From contig CAWJKV010000002.1 in the NCBI GenBank assembly GCA_963843555.1, positions 192,001-256,000 of the forward strand: a stretch of DNA of 64,000 nt, read 5' to 3'. Both the position numbers and the translations under genes were made by a program. The notes beneath the pieces are model-generated. The model was not told where the DNA came from. It did no database searches and saw nothing but the letters and a program-made list of their open reading frames with translations. Origin of the DNA: an uncultured Methanosarcinales archaeon. Its GTDB lineage: Archaea; Halobacteriota; Methanosarcinia; Methanotrichales; Methanotrichaceae. Numbering within the stretch: position 1 is the stretch's first letter; each line of letters begins with the position of its first letter. This document shows, piece after piece, positions 62,161 through 64,000 of this stretch.

Positions 62161-63307
62161 TCATCCAGTCCCGTGCGACTGTGACCCCAAATGAAAGTTC
62201 CTGCGCTTGTGGCTTTCATTCCAATTCAAGACAGCGAAACAGGCATCCCCAGAAATCCGCCATACCGCTCTACAGCCACAGATCAGAGCATCCTTCTCAT
62301 CATCATCGAGCGGTCTGAATAGCCTTGTCCTGATAACAACCCCATCATTCTTTCTCTCTTTTCTCCAGCCGCCGACAGCTATGCCATTGATGATAATCGT
62401 ATAATTGAAAGCGATGTTTCCCCTCGGAGCCAGCTTCCCGGAATATGCTGCCGGGAACATGGCACTGCGATCCTTATAGCCGATCATATATTCGTCAAAA
62501 TTGGGCAGCAAACAGGCGATCGGCGACCCATCTTCCCCATCAGGAACAGACAGACGGCGAGAACCAGTAGTTCTTGCCATCAACTACCTCCTGCATTAGC
62601 TCCGCCTTGACCATCTCCAGACCCGCCTTCGCGTCCGCTGCCGCAAGCCCCGTCCACCAGATGAAATCCTGCAGCGTTGCCGGACCGTGGCCGGTGAAGT
62701 AGCGCCTGGCAATTTCCGCCAGCGCTTCATCCCGCTCCAGCCTCTTGCTATCGGCTACCCACTCATCAAACAGCACAAATGTCTGCTGCTTGCCTTCCCG
62801 GGCGCCAAGGCAAATGACTCCTTTTTGAGCCAGGTGTCCGAGAATATGATAACTGCGCTGACCTTCCGGGGAGATGCCGCCTTTGGCAAGCACATCGTAC
62901 AGTGCCTCACGCGTCAGCTGCCTGCCGCCCTCAAGCGCCTGGGAGATCAGCTTTTCACTTCGTTCAAATATCTCATCGTTCAGGCCCAGTTCTTTGTAGC
63001 GCCTCGCACTCCGTCTGATAACGCGCGGGGTCAGTAACTCCAGCATCCATCTGGCATCCCGTGCCGGGACAAAATGCAGGGTGCCTCGCATCGGCCAGGT
63101 GCGGATGATCTTTCGCTCGTTCAGTGCCTTTTCGATATCGACGAGCGTCGAGCCGGGCAGGCGAAGCCCGATGCCCCACAGGCCGCCGGAATAGTCCTGC
63201 GACTGCACAGCACCCAGGCACTCGACTATCTCCTCAGGCTTACGAAACTTGGTGCCGGCAATCTGCTGGTTGTAGAGCCGATAGCGAATGATGTCAGAAC
63301 TCTTCAT
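62161..63307 (-). CDS. HTH_42 / AlkZ-like DNA glycosylase, frameshifted near 62545
   Basis: AVQSQD (QxQ), RTWPMRGTLH, GPAT..DF.WWTG, LLPNFDEY..GY.DR. Confidence 0.88.
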
Positions 63308-63407
63308 CGTCTTCTCTCATGTCCATCCACTATCTGGCCACTTCCATACATCCGTACCATACTCATAGCCGCAAGTTATATTTCTTTATCTGCAATTTAT
63401 GCTTACT

Positions 63408-63641
63408 ATGAGGACTCTTAGTTATCGAATCACTCTTAGAAAAGAACCAGAAGGAGGTTATACCGTGCTCGTTCCGTCACTTCCCGGATGTGTCACTTAC
63501 GGAAAGACTGTGGAAGAGGCCATAGAGATGGCCAGGGATGCAATCACGGGATATGTGGAGAGCCTCATTGAGGATGGCGAGGCGGTCCCCATAGAGGATG
63601 ACCTCATCGAGTGCAGAGTGACTGTGGAGGCTCATGCCTAA
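63408..63641 (+). CDS. hicB: HicB-family antitoxin
   Basis: GGYTVLVPSLPGCVTYGKTVEEAIEMA. Confidence 0.92.
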   Translation: MRTLSYRITLRKEPEGGYTVLVPSLPGCVTYGKTVEEAIEMARDAITGYVESLIEDGEAVPIEDDLIECRVTVEAHA

Positions 63642-63858
63642 GCTGCCACCTCTTTCTCCTCAAAAAGTAATAGCCATACTGGAAAAGAAAGGCTTCGTAC
63701 TGAAGAAAGTCACAGGGAGCCATTATATCTTCACGCATGCTGATACTAAGAGGCGAGTGACAGTTCCTTTTCACAGCCAGGATGTGGCCAGAGGCACACT
63801 TCTTCAGATTCTAAAGGATGCCGGAATCAGTAGAGAAGAACTGCAGGATCTTCTCTAA
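63634..63858 (+). CDS. hicA: HicA toxin
   Basis: LEKKGF...GSH, VTVPFH, GTL..ILKDAG. Confidence 0.92.
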   Translation: MPKLPPLSPQKVIAILEKKGFVLKKVTGSHYIFTHADTKRRVTVPFHSQDVARGTLLQILKDAGISREELQDLL

Positions 63859-64000
63859 TTTCCCGCGAATTTTTAGAACATCAATATTTTGATTCCGAGA
63901 TTTCTCTTCATGCCACTTTTACCCACCCCAGCTTCTCACGACTACGTCCTGACATTGGAACTCTCGATTAGTCTGCAGCTGAATCGCCGTCGCTTGGCCG

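Overview
Archaeal chromosomal window. A methanogen, most likely Methanothrix/Methanotrichaceae, is inferred from gene content (HARP, NrpR-like DUF128, DUF5803, secreted rhodanese paralogues) and not from a database match. Contents: (i) 0.2-15.5 kb, a thiol-redox/arsenic region (thioredoxin, redoxin-CcdA fusion, arsC, arsR-arsP-thioredoxin-2x secreted rhodanese operon, two Cys-rich exported proteins, HgcC/AbrB-like gene plus arsM) with a glucan phosphorylase; (ii) at least seven toxin-antitoxin modules (MNT-HEPN, 3x hicBA, FitA-VapC, RelE pair, PIN pair) plus an orphan antitoxin; (iii) housekeeping and stress genes (rtcA, polX, HARP, msrBA, pirin, AlkZ); (iv) a duplicated PAS-HK-REC pair around a CheB-CheR-PAS fusion and a large membrane hybrid kinase; (v) a 54-64 kb accessory/defence-like island with an IS200 element, an REase-NACHT gene and a nucleotide-cyclase fragment. 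Dozens of single-base frameshifts suggest an error-prone long-read assembly, so most split genes are probably intact in vivo. The two most unusual signals are (a) a five-copy, co-oriented, covarying structured intergenic repeat (core GGGCGCCCTCAACGCCGGGCAGGCTTGG) that separates TA/accessory genes like a cassette array, with one copy's 5' flank interrupted by the IS200, and (b) a GH1 glycosidase with a circularly permuted amino-acid-binding (SBP_bac_3) domain inserted between its two catalytic glutamates.
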